NCBI RefSeq assembly: GCF_018350175.1 | Contig: NC_058368.1 | Span: 235,602,001-235,666,000 of the forward strand | Direction: 5' to 3' | Source of the DNA: Felis catus | Taxonomy: Eukaryota | DNA: 64,000 nucleotides | Shown here: positions 24,426 through 37,355 of the stretch, piece after piece | Numbering within the stretch: the stretch's first letter is position 1 | Layout of the letters: every line of letters begins with the position of its first letter | Made by a program: the position numbers and the translations under genes | Notes under the pieces: generated by a model | The model's database searches: none | The model's input: the letters and a program-made list of their open reading frames with translations, nothing else | What the model was told of the DNA's origin: nothing

Positions 24426-26036
24426 AACAGAAAGTGCTAACTAATTGTTTTCTATTCCTTGTATTACCTGTCTTTTAGTAGACCTGGCTGGAAAAAAAAG
24501 GTGCACCCACAGTCCTTAAAAGCCCGGAGAGTGATCCCAATGTTTCCTGTGTCCCGGAGAGCTTTTACTGGGGCACAAACATTTATCGCACGATGTAACT
24601 CTTACCCCGGCACCTGCTTCGGTAGGTCTGTGCCTGCCTCGTTCATGCCAAGGTCAGCTGCCTGTGTGGCCATCTGACACGACTGCATGTGACCCACACT
24701 GGTTACGAGCCAAAGGCGGGGCTGTGAAGCCAGCGCCTCAAGGGACACCTCCCCGCAGGGCTCCCTCAAGGTCACCAGCCTGCTGGGCTGCGCTCCCCGA
24801 GACCCGTGACCCCAAGCACTGCTGCTTCCCAAAGTGCATTCCCATCCGTGTTTGTCAGGCCAGGCACAGAACCTGGAGTTAGGGGGACACATCCACTGGG
24901 CCTTCCCTTCTCCTCCCAAACTCAGGTCTTAGAAGGTGCTAGACAGAAAGAGGTCCAAAGTTAGTCCTGTTACAGGCCACGCCTGGCCTGGCTGGGCGCC
25001 AACGAGGGGCCGCAATCAGGCACTTACCTGGAAGGACTGACTTACACACGTACGCCCACACCCGTGCTCACAGGTTGTTCTGGAAAAGGGCAAACCACGG
25101 GCCTCCCGGCAGGGACAGAGCCCACCCCCCTAAGGAACAGAGAACACGTGCCCGCTACAGAAAAGGGGGCCCCACAGGGGCACAGAGAACCCTAGGTTGT
25201 TCCCTGTAGCCAGTCAGCCATGAGGTCACCCCCGCTTCCTGGGGATGGGAGGGTAGGGGGGCAGGCGGGGACCCTGGGGACGGATGTTCCTTCTGCCCTC
25301 ATTAATGGGCAGTGAAGGTTGGGTCTGGGAGGCGAGAGATCTGGAAAGGAAGTAGCCAGCCGGGGAGGGTCTGGTGTGCTCCCAAAGTCTGGACTTCTGC
25401 CCCCGAGGAAGCCCCGTGGTGTCAGTGGCTTGTGGCAAGGGGCGGCCCCTGCAATGGTCATGGGTTTGCCTGCAGTGACTTGAAACCCCTACTGGTGTGT
25501 GAGTGGAGGCGGGGGCGGGGGGGGGGGAGGTTGGTCAGCACCTGCTGGTCACACCAGGCACCCCTGGGCAGATGCACAAATTCTGAGTTAATTGGTTGGG
25601 ACCATCCAGCAGCGGATTTGACAGGTGCTGGCGGAGTCCAGCCTGGCTTTCGTCCGTCATAAGCCGCAGGCAGGGAGGATGCAGGGTCTGAGGCAAAAAA
25701 CCCTTCCTGTTCCCTGGAAGGAGAGAAAGACTTTCCTTGGGTTGGGGGGATGCCCCAGAGGCGAAGGATGTGGGAGGGGCCTGGCGGCCCGCAGGGAACT
25801 TGACCTCAGGCAGGGGCTGGTACCACGTGGCACCTTGCAGTCAGAGCTGCACGGGTCACAGGAAGACACGGGAGCCCAATGGGGCCCTAGGCTTCCGGAG
25901 CAGAGGCGGCTGTCCGCCGGACCCTTGGGGACTAGGGGAGTGAGGACGGCCTTACTCTTGGGGCACATGCCCTCCGGAGGAGGAGAGGGAAATCCCCAAG
26001 AGACAGTCACCCCAGAGGGGCCGACTGTGTATTTTA

Positions 26037-26038
26037 TT

Positions 26039-26069
<31 letters not shown>

Positions 26070-26258
26070 TTTTTGGAACAGAGAGAGACAGAGCATGAAC
26101 GGGGGAGGGTCAAAGAGAGGGAGACACAGAATTGGAAACAGGCTCCAGGCTCCGAGCCATCAGCCCAGAGCCGACGCGGGGCTCGAACCCACGGACCGCG
26201 AGATCGTGACCTGGCTGAAGTCGGACGCTTAACTGACTGCACCACCCAGGCGCTCCCC
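26037..26258 (-). mobile_element. SINEC_Fc with (TTTA)n tail
   Basis: TSD gactgtgtatttta. Confidence 0.95.
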
Positions 26259-27416
26259 GACTGTGTATTTTAAACTTACACAACCCTCGAACCCATCACG
26301 CAGGGCCTAGAGTTCATTCTGGTTTTGCTTGTGTTCTGTTGTCTCGGATACAAACTAGAGAAAACGAGGGCTCGAGCGCAAGGTGAACTGCGACGTCGAG
26401 AAAAGAGAAACGCGCGTTTCTTCTGTGCATCTGGGTTATTTCTGTCGGTTTGGAACGTGGTCCGGAGAGGTCCAGCCGGCAGGCGGGTGGGGGAGACACA
26501 GCTCCCGGATGCCCTTGGAAGTGCCCGGGATACGCAGTGGGCAGGGGGGCCAAGGAGGGAGAGAGCCCTTTTCTTTAAGCGGGTTGGGCCTCAACAAGGA
26601 AACTTGGTAGCTTGTCTCTGCGGACCCCCTGGACTTCCTTTCTGGAATGTTCTTCTGCACCTGTGGAGTATTGTGTGCAGTTTGGCTGCTCCCTGACATT
26701 TTTTCTTTTCTTTTCATTCTTAGTCCTATTTCTTATCCCTGTTGATTTCCCACAGCACATACCTGAAAAAGAAATGTTCCCCAGAACACCCATCGGAGCA
26801 TTACGTGATTTTCAGTGCAGTTAAAGACAGGCTGCGAAGGCCTGATCTCTGCAAATGCCTTTCTGCTCAGGAGCCCGGCTCTCTGGGGAGCTCAGCCTCC
26901 CCAGCAGCCGGCATGTAATTCTATCATTCCCTGAGCTGCCGGAGGGCCCAGCCGCGGGAAGGAACTTGGCCCCTCAGCCCCCTTTCCTAGCGTTGCGCTA
27001 AAGAGTGGCTAGCTTGCCACAGGGGTGAAGTATAAAGCGTGACAGTCCTCTATCCCTGTGCCCTCCGCAGTGGTGCCCACGACGTTCACAGGGTAACCTG
27101 CTTCCCTGGGTTGGTAACTGTCTAATGGGGGAGACGTTGTCCCTATTCTGTCTTTTGAACAACTGTTTTCTCTCTCTCCCTCTCTCTCTCTAATAAGCTC
27201 ACCATCTGTCTTAAAATTGTGTGCGTGTGTGTGGTTCTGGAGCGCAATGGATTTCACATTGCTCAGTGAATATACGTAGTAAACTGATTTCCGAAATCGG
27301 AATATCACACAATTGCCGTAGACTTTAAGCTTTAATGTAGTGCCTTTAATTTAGTTATGTGCCATGGGTCAATACATTTCAGATTTCTCTGAGGCCATTA
27401 AAAAAAAAAAAGATTT

Positions 27417-27627
27417 GGGGGCACCTGGGTGACTCGGTTGGTTGAGCATCCGACTTTGGCTCAGGTCATGATCTCCTGGTCTGTTGACAGCTCGGAGCCC
27501 GGAGCCTGCTTCGGATTCTGGGTGTCTCCCTCACTCTCTGCCCCTCCCCCACTCACACTCTGTCACTCTCTCTCTCAAAAATAAAGAGACATTAAAAATT
27601 TTTTTCCAACGATAAAAATAAAAAAAA
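27417..27627 (+). mobile_element. Can-SINE with internal deletion
   Basis: Head and tail are present; the B-box region is missing. Confidence 0.88.
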
Positions 27628-27643
27628 GAAGATTTTGGCACCA

Positions 27644-27822
27644 TTTTCTTTTTCTGAGAGAGAGAGAGAGAAGCAGAGGGAGAAAGAGAGAGAGAGAGCG
27701 AGAATCCTAAGCAGGACCCACCCTCAGTGTGGATCCCAACGTGGGGCTCCATCTCACAAACCGTGAGGTCATGACCTGAGCCAAAGTCGGACGCTTAGCC
27801 CACGGAGCCACCCAGGCGCTCC
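27644..27822 (-). mobile_element. Can-SINE
   Basis: Reverse SINEC body; TSD-like ccatttt on both sides. Confidence 0.88.
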
Positions 27823-27898
27823 TTGACGCCATTTTAAAGAGTTGAATTAACTCTCTCTCTCTCAAGAAAAAATAAATAAAAAGTAAAAAAGTAAAACA

Positions 27899-28096
27899 GA
27901 GGCACTTGGGTGACTCGGTTGGTTAAGCGGCTGCCTTCAGCTCGGGTCATGATCTCATGGCTCATGGGTTCGAGTCCCACATTGGGCTCTCTGCTGTCTG
28001 CACGGAGACCACTTCAGATCCTCTGTCCCCTTTTCTCTCTTCCCTTCCCCGACTTTCTCGCTCTCTCTCAAAAATAAATAAATAAACATTTAAAAA
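27899..28096 (+). mobile_element. Can-SINE (preceded by an orphan SINE tail at ~27851-27895)
   Basis: SINEC head, B box, CT region and tail. Confidence 0.88.
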
Positions 28097-29112
28097 GATG
28101 CAGCGGACGTGAAGGGAGGAGGCCCTGTAGAGAGCAAGATGGAGTCCCCCACGTTAGCCAGTAACTCACGTCAAGCAGTCGAGCGAGCAGCTAAGGACGG
28201 TGAGGCTAAGAGCAGATACAGCCAACCCAGCACCGGCTGAGGACACACTCAGACCTGAGGACCAGCAGCGCCAGAGGCCGTGTGCCAAGGCCTGTTGGTT
28301 GTGAGGCTTGCCCTGTGCTCTGCCAGAAGCCAGGTTAATCACGTGGTGAGATGTCATTGCACCCGCTTCACGAGTACGTCACCCTTGCTCTGTGACGAAG
28401 TAAAGCTCACACTGTGGAAGGACCCAACTCGTGCGTGTGCCTTCACAGCACGCTCGCGATGTCCATGTTTTCCCAAACATCCCAGAAACCTGGGGGTAGC
28501 AATGACTGAGGGTTTATTTAACCCAGTTTGTTAGGCTTACAGAAATAACCTGGCTGGCATTGGCGGGCTGGGCTCTAACTGTTCAATAGGAGTTTCAGGT
28601 TATTGACTCTTTCCTGAATGCAGCTGTGATGTGGGGACTAAGCCATGAAAGCTGAGGCTTGGCCTGTGGCCCTCAGAGCCCAGCTCCTTCTTCTGTGTGA
28701 GCTTTTTGCTTCCAGAACTGAGGAAATTTTAGGCTGCTCTGGATCTCCCTTCTTCTTGGTGATGTCCCTCCTCCTCTGTGTGTCTTTTGGATCCACTTTC
28801 CTCTCCCAGGCAAGTAGGGACTTTGCACGACCCGGGCTGAGCTCGGTTTCCAGAAGTCTGGGCGCTGGGGGTGCAGGCGAGAGAGGAACTTTTGCTACGG
28901 AACCAAAGTGGGTCCACCCTGGGTGAGTCCTAGGCAGAGACCACGCCAGGTAGAGGGGCCTCACAAGGTCATCTGTATTCGTAACAAATAAGGGGATCAC
29001 GGGAATAATTTCCAAAGCTGTGACTCCTGTAACGGGGCGAACAGTCTCCTTTTATCGTGGCTTGGGCTGAATACCGAGAGGGCAATTTTAGGATTATCAT
29101 GAAGCTAAGGTG

Positions 29113-30325
29113 CCTGTGTATAAGCACCACGTTTTTCGTATCCAGTCATCTGTCGATGGACTTGGGCGGCTTCCATGACTTGGCTGCCGTAAATATCGCC
29201 ACAACAAACATAGGGGCGCGTGTGTCTTTCTGAATTAGTGTGTTCGTCTTCCTTGGGTGAAAACCCATTAGTGGAAATATTGGATCATACGGTCGTTCTA
29301 TTTTTAATTGTCTTGAGGAAACCTCACGCTGTTTTCCACAGCGGCCGCCCCAATTCACATTCCCACCCACGGTGCGCGAAGATTCTTTTCTCTCCGCGTC
29401 CTCGCCAACACCTGTTGTTTCTTGCCTTCTTGATTTCAGCCATTCTGACGGGTGTGAGGTAGTATCTCATGGTGGTTTTGATTTACGTCTTCCTGATGGT
29501 GGGTGATGTTGAGCATCTTTTCATGTGTCTGTCGGTCGTCTGGATGCCTTCTTTGGAGAAATGTCGATTCAGGTCCTCCGCCAATTTTTTAAACAGATTG
29601 TTGTGTTTGTTGGTGTTGAGTTGTATGAGTTCTTTATCGATTTTGGAGACTAACCCTTTATCTGATATGTCATTTGCAAATATCTTCCCCCATTCTGTCA
29701 GTTACCTTTTAATTGTGTTGATTGTTTCCTTTGCTGTGCAGAAGTTTTTTTTTATCTTGATGAGGTCCCGATAGTTCATTTTGGTTTTTGTTTCCCTTGC
29801 CTCACTAGATGTATCCAGAGAAATGCTGCTCTGGCTGATGTCAGAGAAATTACTGTCTGTGCTCTCTTCTAGGACTCTTATGGTTTCAGGTCTCACATTT
29901 GGGTCTTTAATCCATTTTGGATTTATTTTTTGTGTGTGGTCTAAGAAAGTGTCTAATTTCAATCTTCTGCACGTCGCTGTCCAGTTTTCCCAATGCCATT
30001 TGTTGAAAAGACTGTCTTTTTCCCACTGGACATTCTTTCCTGCTTTGTCACCAATTAATTGATCATATAAACGCGGGTTTATTTCTGGGGTCACTATCCA
30101 TGTATCTGTTTTGGTGTCAGCGCCATACTGTTTTAGTGACTACAGCTTTGTACTGCATCTGGAATTGCGATGCCTCCGGCTTTGTCCTTCTTGCTCAGGA
30201 TCGCTTTGACTATTTGGGACCTTCTGTGGTTCCATACACATTTTAGTATTATTTGTGCTAGTTTTGTGACAAATGCTGTTGGTATTTTGGATGGGAATTG
30301 TATTGAATCTGTGGATTGTTTTGGG
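29113..30325 (-). mobile_element. L1 (carnivore type), inverted segment with ORF2 C-terminal remnant
   Basis: ORF 29702-30094(-) PEINPRLYDQLIGDKAGKNVQWEKDSLFNKWHWENWTATCRRLKLD is typical L1 ORF2p C-terminal sequence. The frame is disrupted. Confidence 0.93.
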
Positions 30326-30423
30326 CGGTATTATTCAGCCATGAAAAAGGATGACACTGTGCCATTTAAGACAACATGGACGGACCTAGAGGGTGTTATG
30401 CTAAGTGAAAGAAGTCAGACCGA

Positions 30424-30606
30424 TGTTGCGCCTGGATGGCTCTGTCGGCTAAGCGTCCAACCCCTGATCTCGGCTCAGGTCATGAGCTCTGGGTTGTGGG
30501 TTTGAGCTCCGTGTCGGTCTCTGTGCTGACAGCGCGGAACCTGTTTGGGATTCCTTCTTTCCCTCTCTCGCGCGTGAAATAAATAAACAAGCTTAAAAAT
30601 ATATAT
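30424..30606 (+). mobile_element. Older Can-SINE inside L1
   Basis: Diverged SINEC flanked by aaagaagtcagaccga and aaataagtcagactga. Confidence 0.88.
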
Positions 30607-30623
30607 AAATAAGTCAGACTGAC

Positions 30624-30844
30624 GGGGCGCCTGGGTGGCGCAGGTGGTTAAGCGTCCAACTTCAGCCAGGTCACGATCTCACGGTCCGTGAGTTCGAGCC
30701 CCGAGTCGGGCTCTGGGCTGATGGCTCAGAGCCTGGAGCCTGTTTCCGATTCTGTGTCTCCCTCTCTCTCTGCCCCTCCCCCGTTCATGCTCTGTCTCTC
30801 TCTGTCCCAAAAATAAATAAACGTTGAAAAAAAAATTAAAAAAA
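30624..30844 (+). mobile_element. Young SINEC_Fc inside L1
   Basis: Near consensus; perfect TSD aaataagtcagactga. Confidence 0.95.
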
Positions 30845-32020
30845 AAATAAGTCAGACTGAGAAAGATAAATGCCATGAGTCCACTCATAAATGGAGTCTA
30901 AAAAAACGAATACATAAACAGAAATCAGAGTCAGAACTATAAATACAGAGACAAACTGATGGTTGCCAGAGAGGAGGACGAGAGGGTTGGGCAAAATGGG
31001 TGAAGGGAAAGGGGACGTACAGGCCTCCAGTTATGGAATGAGTAAGTCCGGGGAATAAAAAGCAGAGCATAAGGAATACAGTCGATGACACTGTAATAGC
31101 GATGTAATGGGACAGACCATCTCTATACTTGTGGTGATCATCGCATAATCCATAAGCTTGTAAATCACTAAGTTATACACCTGAAGCTAATGGACCGTTG
31201 TGTGTCAACCACACTCAAATACATAAATACATCCGTGCAAACAGAGAAAAAAAAAGAAACTGATAGGTAGGCAGAAGCCTCTAAGAGTCTTCTGAATGCA
31301 ACGTGTCAGGCCAATGACACATTGTGGGCTTTATTGAGTCAAACCCAGGATCTGATCTGAGGGAAAAATTAATCCTCGAGAGAAGCCTGGAGGGCGACAC
31401 CAAGTATTTGTGGAAGGGGAGCCCCACTGTTGATCATAGTTAGGGAAGGGGCAGCATGGAGGACCTAAGTGGATTCAGAAGGCCGGACACATGGCCAACG
31501 TCTCTCAAAGCCTCTGCTGTTAACACCCATCGGTCGCTCAGACCACGCACTGGAGACGTTGTGAAGTCAATACGTCTGTGCTTTTTTATGTAAGCGGGTG
31601 TGACCCAACAGCATTAGTTGTCATACGGGATTCGTGGATTCCAGGGTGAGGCAGAACCTCCGGAAAACCCTCCTTTCTACCCACCTGGGAGCCTGAGTGA
31701 CAATTGTTCTCTTTCCCCTAACTGCAAAATCCAACACCGGCGATGGTCCCAAAACAGAGCTCATAAAATTCTTTTGGAATTTTCGGAGAGTCTAAGCCAT
31801 AACTTGCTCCCCCTGGTCAACACGTTGTTTATTCTTAAATCATCTCAAAAGCCAAAGAAACCTTTGGTTAAGAAGGTGTGGGTTCTTCTCTCCACCCGAG
31901 AAGACTACTGGTTTGGGGCAAAGGTCACTTCAGAATTGGTATTAGTGAGCAGAGCCGCAGTATAGAGGGGATGACAAGGGCGTAGGACATTATACAATGT
32001 CTTTTAAAGGACTGAGTACA

Positions 32021-32241
32021 GGGGCGCCTGGGTGGCGCAGTCGGTTAAGCGTCCAACTTCAGCCAGGTCACGATCTCGCGGTCCGGGAGTTCGAGCCCCG
32101 CGTCAGGCTCTGGGCTGATGGCTCAGAGCCTGGAGCCTGTTTCCGATTCTGTGTCTCCCTCTCTCTCTGCCCCTCCCCCGTTCATGCTCTGTCTCTCTCT
32201 GTCCCCAAAATAAATAAACGTTGAAAAAAAAATTAAAAAAA
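32021..32241 (+). mobile_element. Young SINEC_Fc
   Basis: TSD taaaggactga(g/a)taca. Confidence 0.95.
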
Positions 32242-32281
32242 TAAAGGACTGAATACAATGCATGCTCTTCTTCTCTCTCCC

Positions 32282-32442
32282 TTTTTTGAAGTTTACTTAT
32301 TTCTTTTGAGAGAGAGGGAGAAGGAGAGAGAGAATCACAAGCAGACTCTGCCCTGTGAGCACGGGGCCCGATGAGCCGTGAGATCATGACCTGAGCTGGA
32401 ACCCAGAGTCAGAGCTTTACCGACCGAGCCCCCCAGGTGCCC
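32282..32442 (-). mobile_element. Older Can-SINE
   Basis: Reverse SINEC; TSD tgctcttctt. Confidence 0.87.
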
Positions 32443-35400
32443 ATACGTGCTCTTCTTTTTAAGTTCAAGGCTCCTGTATTTATTCCACCGAAGTTACACA
32501 TAGTTAAACCCCAGTGCATTCATTTTGAGCTAAAGAAAAACATCGCCCCTAGAAACAAGGACAAACAGGTCTCTGATGCTCACGTGGCCTTTCTCTGGCA
32601 GAAGCAGCCCCGTGGAGGTTGAACGGTGACCGTTGCTCAGTCCACATGGCCTTTCCTCACTGTCATTCTCAAGTCCCCCCAGAGCGGAAACGACGTGTGG
32701 GTCATGATGCCACAGGCATGTTACAGCGTCCAGACGTGATGTGGATGCAGAGAGTTGATAGAAAAGACATGGTGACCCTGGGCCGCATACTGATATTGTA
32801 TTTTTAATTTGGATAAGTTGCCATTGTTGCAAGTTACAACACTTTGTCTACCAGAGTGGGGAACTGGAGATTGCATTTGGGGTGCTCACTTAGGTGTCCA
32901 TCCGATAAATCCTTGCCACCTGCTTGCTGTGCATCTGTCCTGGTGCTGGAGGCTGGCTTACCAGAGTGACAACACGTCTCTGGCCGTGGTGCTCGAGTTT
33001 TGAATTCGACTTGAGAGGCTTTCAACATGCGGGGACATTTCTCCTCCTCCTCACCTGAGAGGAAGGACCCCCAGGTGCTGACGATTGGAGACCTTTAGAG
33101 ATTCCCATCGAGGCTGAATTCTTTTGAATCAGAGAAGTCTTCCGGAGGATGAGCTCAGATCCAAGAGTCACAAATAACCTCAGACAGAGTGATGCCCAAG
33201 AAAATAAATTATAAAAAACAAAATGATAAAACCGGATGACCCTGTTCTAGAAGAAAGGAAGCTGAAAGAGAAATGCAAACAGATCGTTACGTTCATTAAA
33301 AAGTACCCAAAGGGATATTGGCGTGAATGATAATAGTGAAAGAGTAGGAGTGCACCAAGAAGAAATGATAACATTGGGAAGGGATGTCATGAAATACAAG
33401 TGCATATGAAAGAGAGTGAAAACATTTTACAGATGAGAAATGATTACAAAAAAATAAGAAAAAAGCAAGAAAGCAACTTACGACAATACAGAGTGAACTA
33501 ATGAATTGATGTCAGGCTGAGAGTCTCGGTCTGTGTCATCAACGCATACAAGTTGCAAACAGTGAGGGACATAATAGGTCCCCTGGCCTCCAGGTTCCAA
33601 GGCGAGGCTACAGGAGTTTTCGAAACAGAGTATGGAGTCGAGATAATTACAGAGATCGTTGCTAAGGAAATGCTAGAAATCCACACCTTCCATAGCTGGT
33701 AGTCAGGCCTGTGTGCGAATAACTCTGTTCTTCATCGGGTTTGCACGTTTAGAAATCTCGTAACCCTGACACTCTTCCATTCCGCATCCATACGTGGGAC
33801 AGGAGACCGCCCGCTTCACAGGGGGGTGGTAAACAAAGAAGAGAAACATCATTTATGTAAAGGCACGTGGCACCTGGACATTGTTCAGTCCATCTACCAC
33901 CCTACCTGCCTCTGTAGGGTGGACACGGCACGAACGTCACAACACCCAAAATACAGAAAATACACATCCATAAACCATCTTTTCTCTTGGCACTTACATT
34001 CTGCCATATACTCTTTCTTGTTAGATTATTCTTTGTCGACTTATCTAGTGTTCGTACTAATCTCCTTAACGAAGGGACGCTTCCTTCTTCAACCACACAT
34101 ACTTTGCCACCCCTACTGGTGTCGGCTGCTTATAGTCAATACTCAGGAGACGTTTGTTCAGCGAAGGACAGCACAACAGACATCTGACTTGGCAAGGGGC
34201 AAAGAGAGGAGAGAGCAGCAGAGGCGAGGAGGGTGGTTATCGAGTGTCGTGGGCACGAGGAACCAATACATAAAATGCAACAGAACATGCAAGCTTTGTC
34301 TGCAAGACTCGCCCTCTGACCTCTAGATGCGTCGTCTACCAGCAATAGTCGGTCGAATCGAATCTCCAAAGAAAACCCCACGAAGTGCGGGGGTGTTGGT
34401 GATCAGTAAAGGAGCTGAAGGGTATTCTCTCTCTGGACAACTCCTACCTTCCCCCACCTAGTCATTTATTTAACGCCTAGGCAGTTACTGTCCTGTTCTC
34501 ATGGTTAGCATCGCCTAGAAAACCCAACAGTAACTGGACCACAGTAATGGCACAATGAGATGTTCCTGGTCCAACAGGCTGCATGCAAAATGCACGTTCA
34601 GTGCAGGCAGGGGTGAATGTGAAAGCTGACTGGGTTCCTCTCCTCCTGGCCGTTCCGGGAATGGCTGGGTCGGGTGGCCGCGCTCACACCGCTCAGATGA
34701 TTTCAGGACACAAATGCAGAGCCAGGGACCCAGAAAACCGCAAGACTCCGGGAAGGTTGCCACAGCTGTACTTCAGACCAATCTTTCCAGTTAGATTTGC
34801 GGACGCTTCCTTTACTCAGTAGGGGATTTGGAGGAGGCTGGAATGTCTGTGCCGTACGTGTTAATCTAACGATCTACCTTCACCCAACAGCTTCGAAGGG
34901 TCGCAAACACAGGACACTCATTAATGCGAACAAGTGAGGCCTCAAGCTGGCCAGACGATTTTGACGCTGAGCTGTGACAGCAAACTGCTTTGGGGGACCT
35001 GGTTACCTCTGCTCTGACTGGGGCGGGACCCAGAGAGAGAGCTTTGCACTTTCCTCTCGGGGCACGAGACTCGAGGAGCCAGTTCAGCGCGAGCTTTCAG
35101 AGGAACCGTGTAGAAGGCAGGGCTAATGAGGTCAAGGCGGGAGGTTCTCACCCAGCCGCACATTTGCTGGGCTGGTCCTCTGGCTTGGCTGAGGAGCACG
35201 ATGAACTTGACGTAAGAGTCTCACACCGAGAGCCTTCAGGGCACATGCATGGTGCCAGTGATGGGGCCAGTGTCATCAGTTCTCGGCTCCTCTCGCGTGC
35301 TCCCTTCTCAGAGGGTCCAGTGCTCCCGTCCACCTGGGCCTCCCGCTTCCTCTGGGTCCTCCCTCCGCTGGTGCCTCAGCTCTTTCTCGCATCGTCTGCG

Positions 35401-35809
35401 GTTCCCTCTTTTGCGGCCCCCCTCCTACCACTGACAACCCGCTTAGCCCTGACCTCCTATGAAAAGGATCTCCTGCGTCCGTCTCATGCATAAGCTGCCA
35501 TCACAGCGTCCTTCTCTCTGCAGCCAAGAGCCTGAGCGTCTTCTTCCTCGCCTTGTATCCCCCAAATGGCCCCCTGAAACTTCTCCGGGAAGGTCGTCTC
35601 CATTGCCAAATACGATAGCCTTTCTTAATTTTTCTCCCCAGGCTATTTCTCATGTTCTTGCTCTTCTAAAGGCAGGTCCTGAACCACCCATTCTCCCCCT
35701 TCCTCCCAGATGGTGCACAAATGCAGAAGGGTGTAGCCATGTGGTCTGTCCCGGAACACAGGCAGTGGAGAGGAGCAGTCGGGAGCACAGACACCAGAGC
35801 CCCTGCCCG

Positions 35810-36200
35810 TGTGTGGCCTGGGCGAGTTGCCCGCCCCCGTGTCCAGCTCGAAAGTGAGCTTAACAATAGCACCTACTCATAGGATTGCTATGCGATTGGA
35901 CGTGTTAACCTATGGAAAGGGTTTTTTTTTTTTTAATTTTTTTTTTGACGTTTATTTATTTTTGGGACAGAGAGAGACAGAGCATGAACGGGGGAGGGGC
36001 AGAGAGAGAGGGAGACACAGAATCGGAAACAGGCTCCAGGCTCCGAGCCATCAGCCCAGAGCCTGACGCGGGGCTCGAACTCCCGGACCGCGAGATCGTG
36101 ACCTGGCTGAAGTCGGACGCTTAACCGACTGTGCCACCCAGGCGCCCCTGGAAAGGGTTTTAAACAGCTTCTGGAGCCCACAAGGTGAGAGTGTGTTTGT
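35810..36200 (+). mobile_element. MIR fragment split by a SINE
   Basis: AATAGCACCTACTCATAGGATTGCTATGCGATT core, continuing after the SINE. Confidence 0.6.
35926..36148 (-). mobile_element. Young SINEC_Fc
   Basis: TSD tggaaagggtttt. Confidence 0.96.
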
Positions 36201-37355
36201 TACGTGCTATTACTTCTCCCAATTCGTTTCTGGTCTGGCCTCCACTTCCCTCTGGCCAAAGGCTGGTGTCGGGCTTTTGACCTGGGACACAGGCTTTCTG
36301 CAGGAATGTGACCTGTGGTTTTGCTCATCACGCTGCAGAGGGATGACCCTCCTTGGTTGCCAGATGTCGTGCATCTAGTTTCTGCGGAGACTGGGAACTC
36401 TTGCCAGGAACACAGAGGTCTGCCGCTCGGCAGGTGGTTCAGAAGCAGATTCACGTGGAGGTTGTGTCTGGGGCTGGGGGCGATTCTCACCTGCTCCAAT
36501 TCCAAAGTTTTGAATTAAATTCAAAAAATAAATTCACCCCAACCCTAACCCTAACCGTGAGGCTCTTTCAGAGATTCCAGACTTGGCTAGCATTTGTTGA
36601 GAGTCACCTGTTTCGTCCATGTTGCTCGTCAGTGCTAATTGGTGGTGGTCATTTCCCGTTCCACCCAGAGGGACACCTGAAAGTCCCAAACCAGAGAGTA
36701 GTGATTTACTGTCTGGGTCTCATTCCATTTCACCAACAATCATTAGCAAAACCAGTCTGAATCTTAGAGATCATACAGAGGAAGGGAAGGAAAGTGGAGG
36801 CAATTCCATGGGAGAAAGATTCCTGGAATGGTCCGAGTGCTGACCTCCGGAGGGCAGCCCCCTGGCCCAGCGCCCGTCCTGTCCCCACGTGCCTGCGAGC
36901 TGGTCCTGACCCGCAGCAGGTGCCACTCACAGAACACTGGTGACCCTCTCGTTGTGGTCCGAGCCTGCCCAGGACAGGTGGCCTTGGGACTCTGAGCATC
37001 AGCACACCTCAGGCTCCCTCTGCTCCCTCCGCCTTCCTTGTGATGACCCCCGTAGGCTTCTGCTCCCCGACCTGCATGAATAAAACGCACGCTTCTAGTC
37101 ACTTTTGTTGACTTTCAGTGTCTCCGTTCAAGGTTACTGGGGAGAAAGCGTCTGTAAACAGCACATACACAATGGCGAATTTTAACATGTTAAGCGACAG
37201 AACTTTTATAACCAAATAGAAACTGCTTAAACCAAGCAATCAGAAAATAAAGTTTTGGGGGATTAGAGTATTTGGCAAACATTCCCAGATGTTGATTTTA
37301 TATAAGACAACATAGACTTTATATAGCGTTTATAGAAGACAAGTTTTTTTTTCTT

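Larger units (their letters stand above)
30326..31260 (+). mobile_element. L1 sense segment (ORF2 end plus 3' UTR) interrupted by two SINEs
   Basis: TATTATTCAGCCATGAAAAAG...ACAACATGGACGGACCTAGAGGGTGTTATGCTAAGTGAAA...AACTGATGGTTGCCAGAG...TACACCTGAAGCTAAT, then an A-rich end. Confidence 0.9.

Noticed and set aside
28100..29110. Possible LTR/ERV segment or the 125-aa ORF 28638-29015
   Set aside because: Only a CAAGATGGAGT motif is suggestive. There are no boundaries, TSD or recognisable protein similarity.
33180..33560. A-rich segment resembling an ancient L1 ORF1 region
   Set aside because: Too diverged to support without an alignment.
36537..36556. Telomere-like CCCTAA repeats (also one unit near 63723)
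   Set aside because: Only about 2-3 units, compatible with chance. Too short to call an interstitial telomere.
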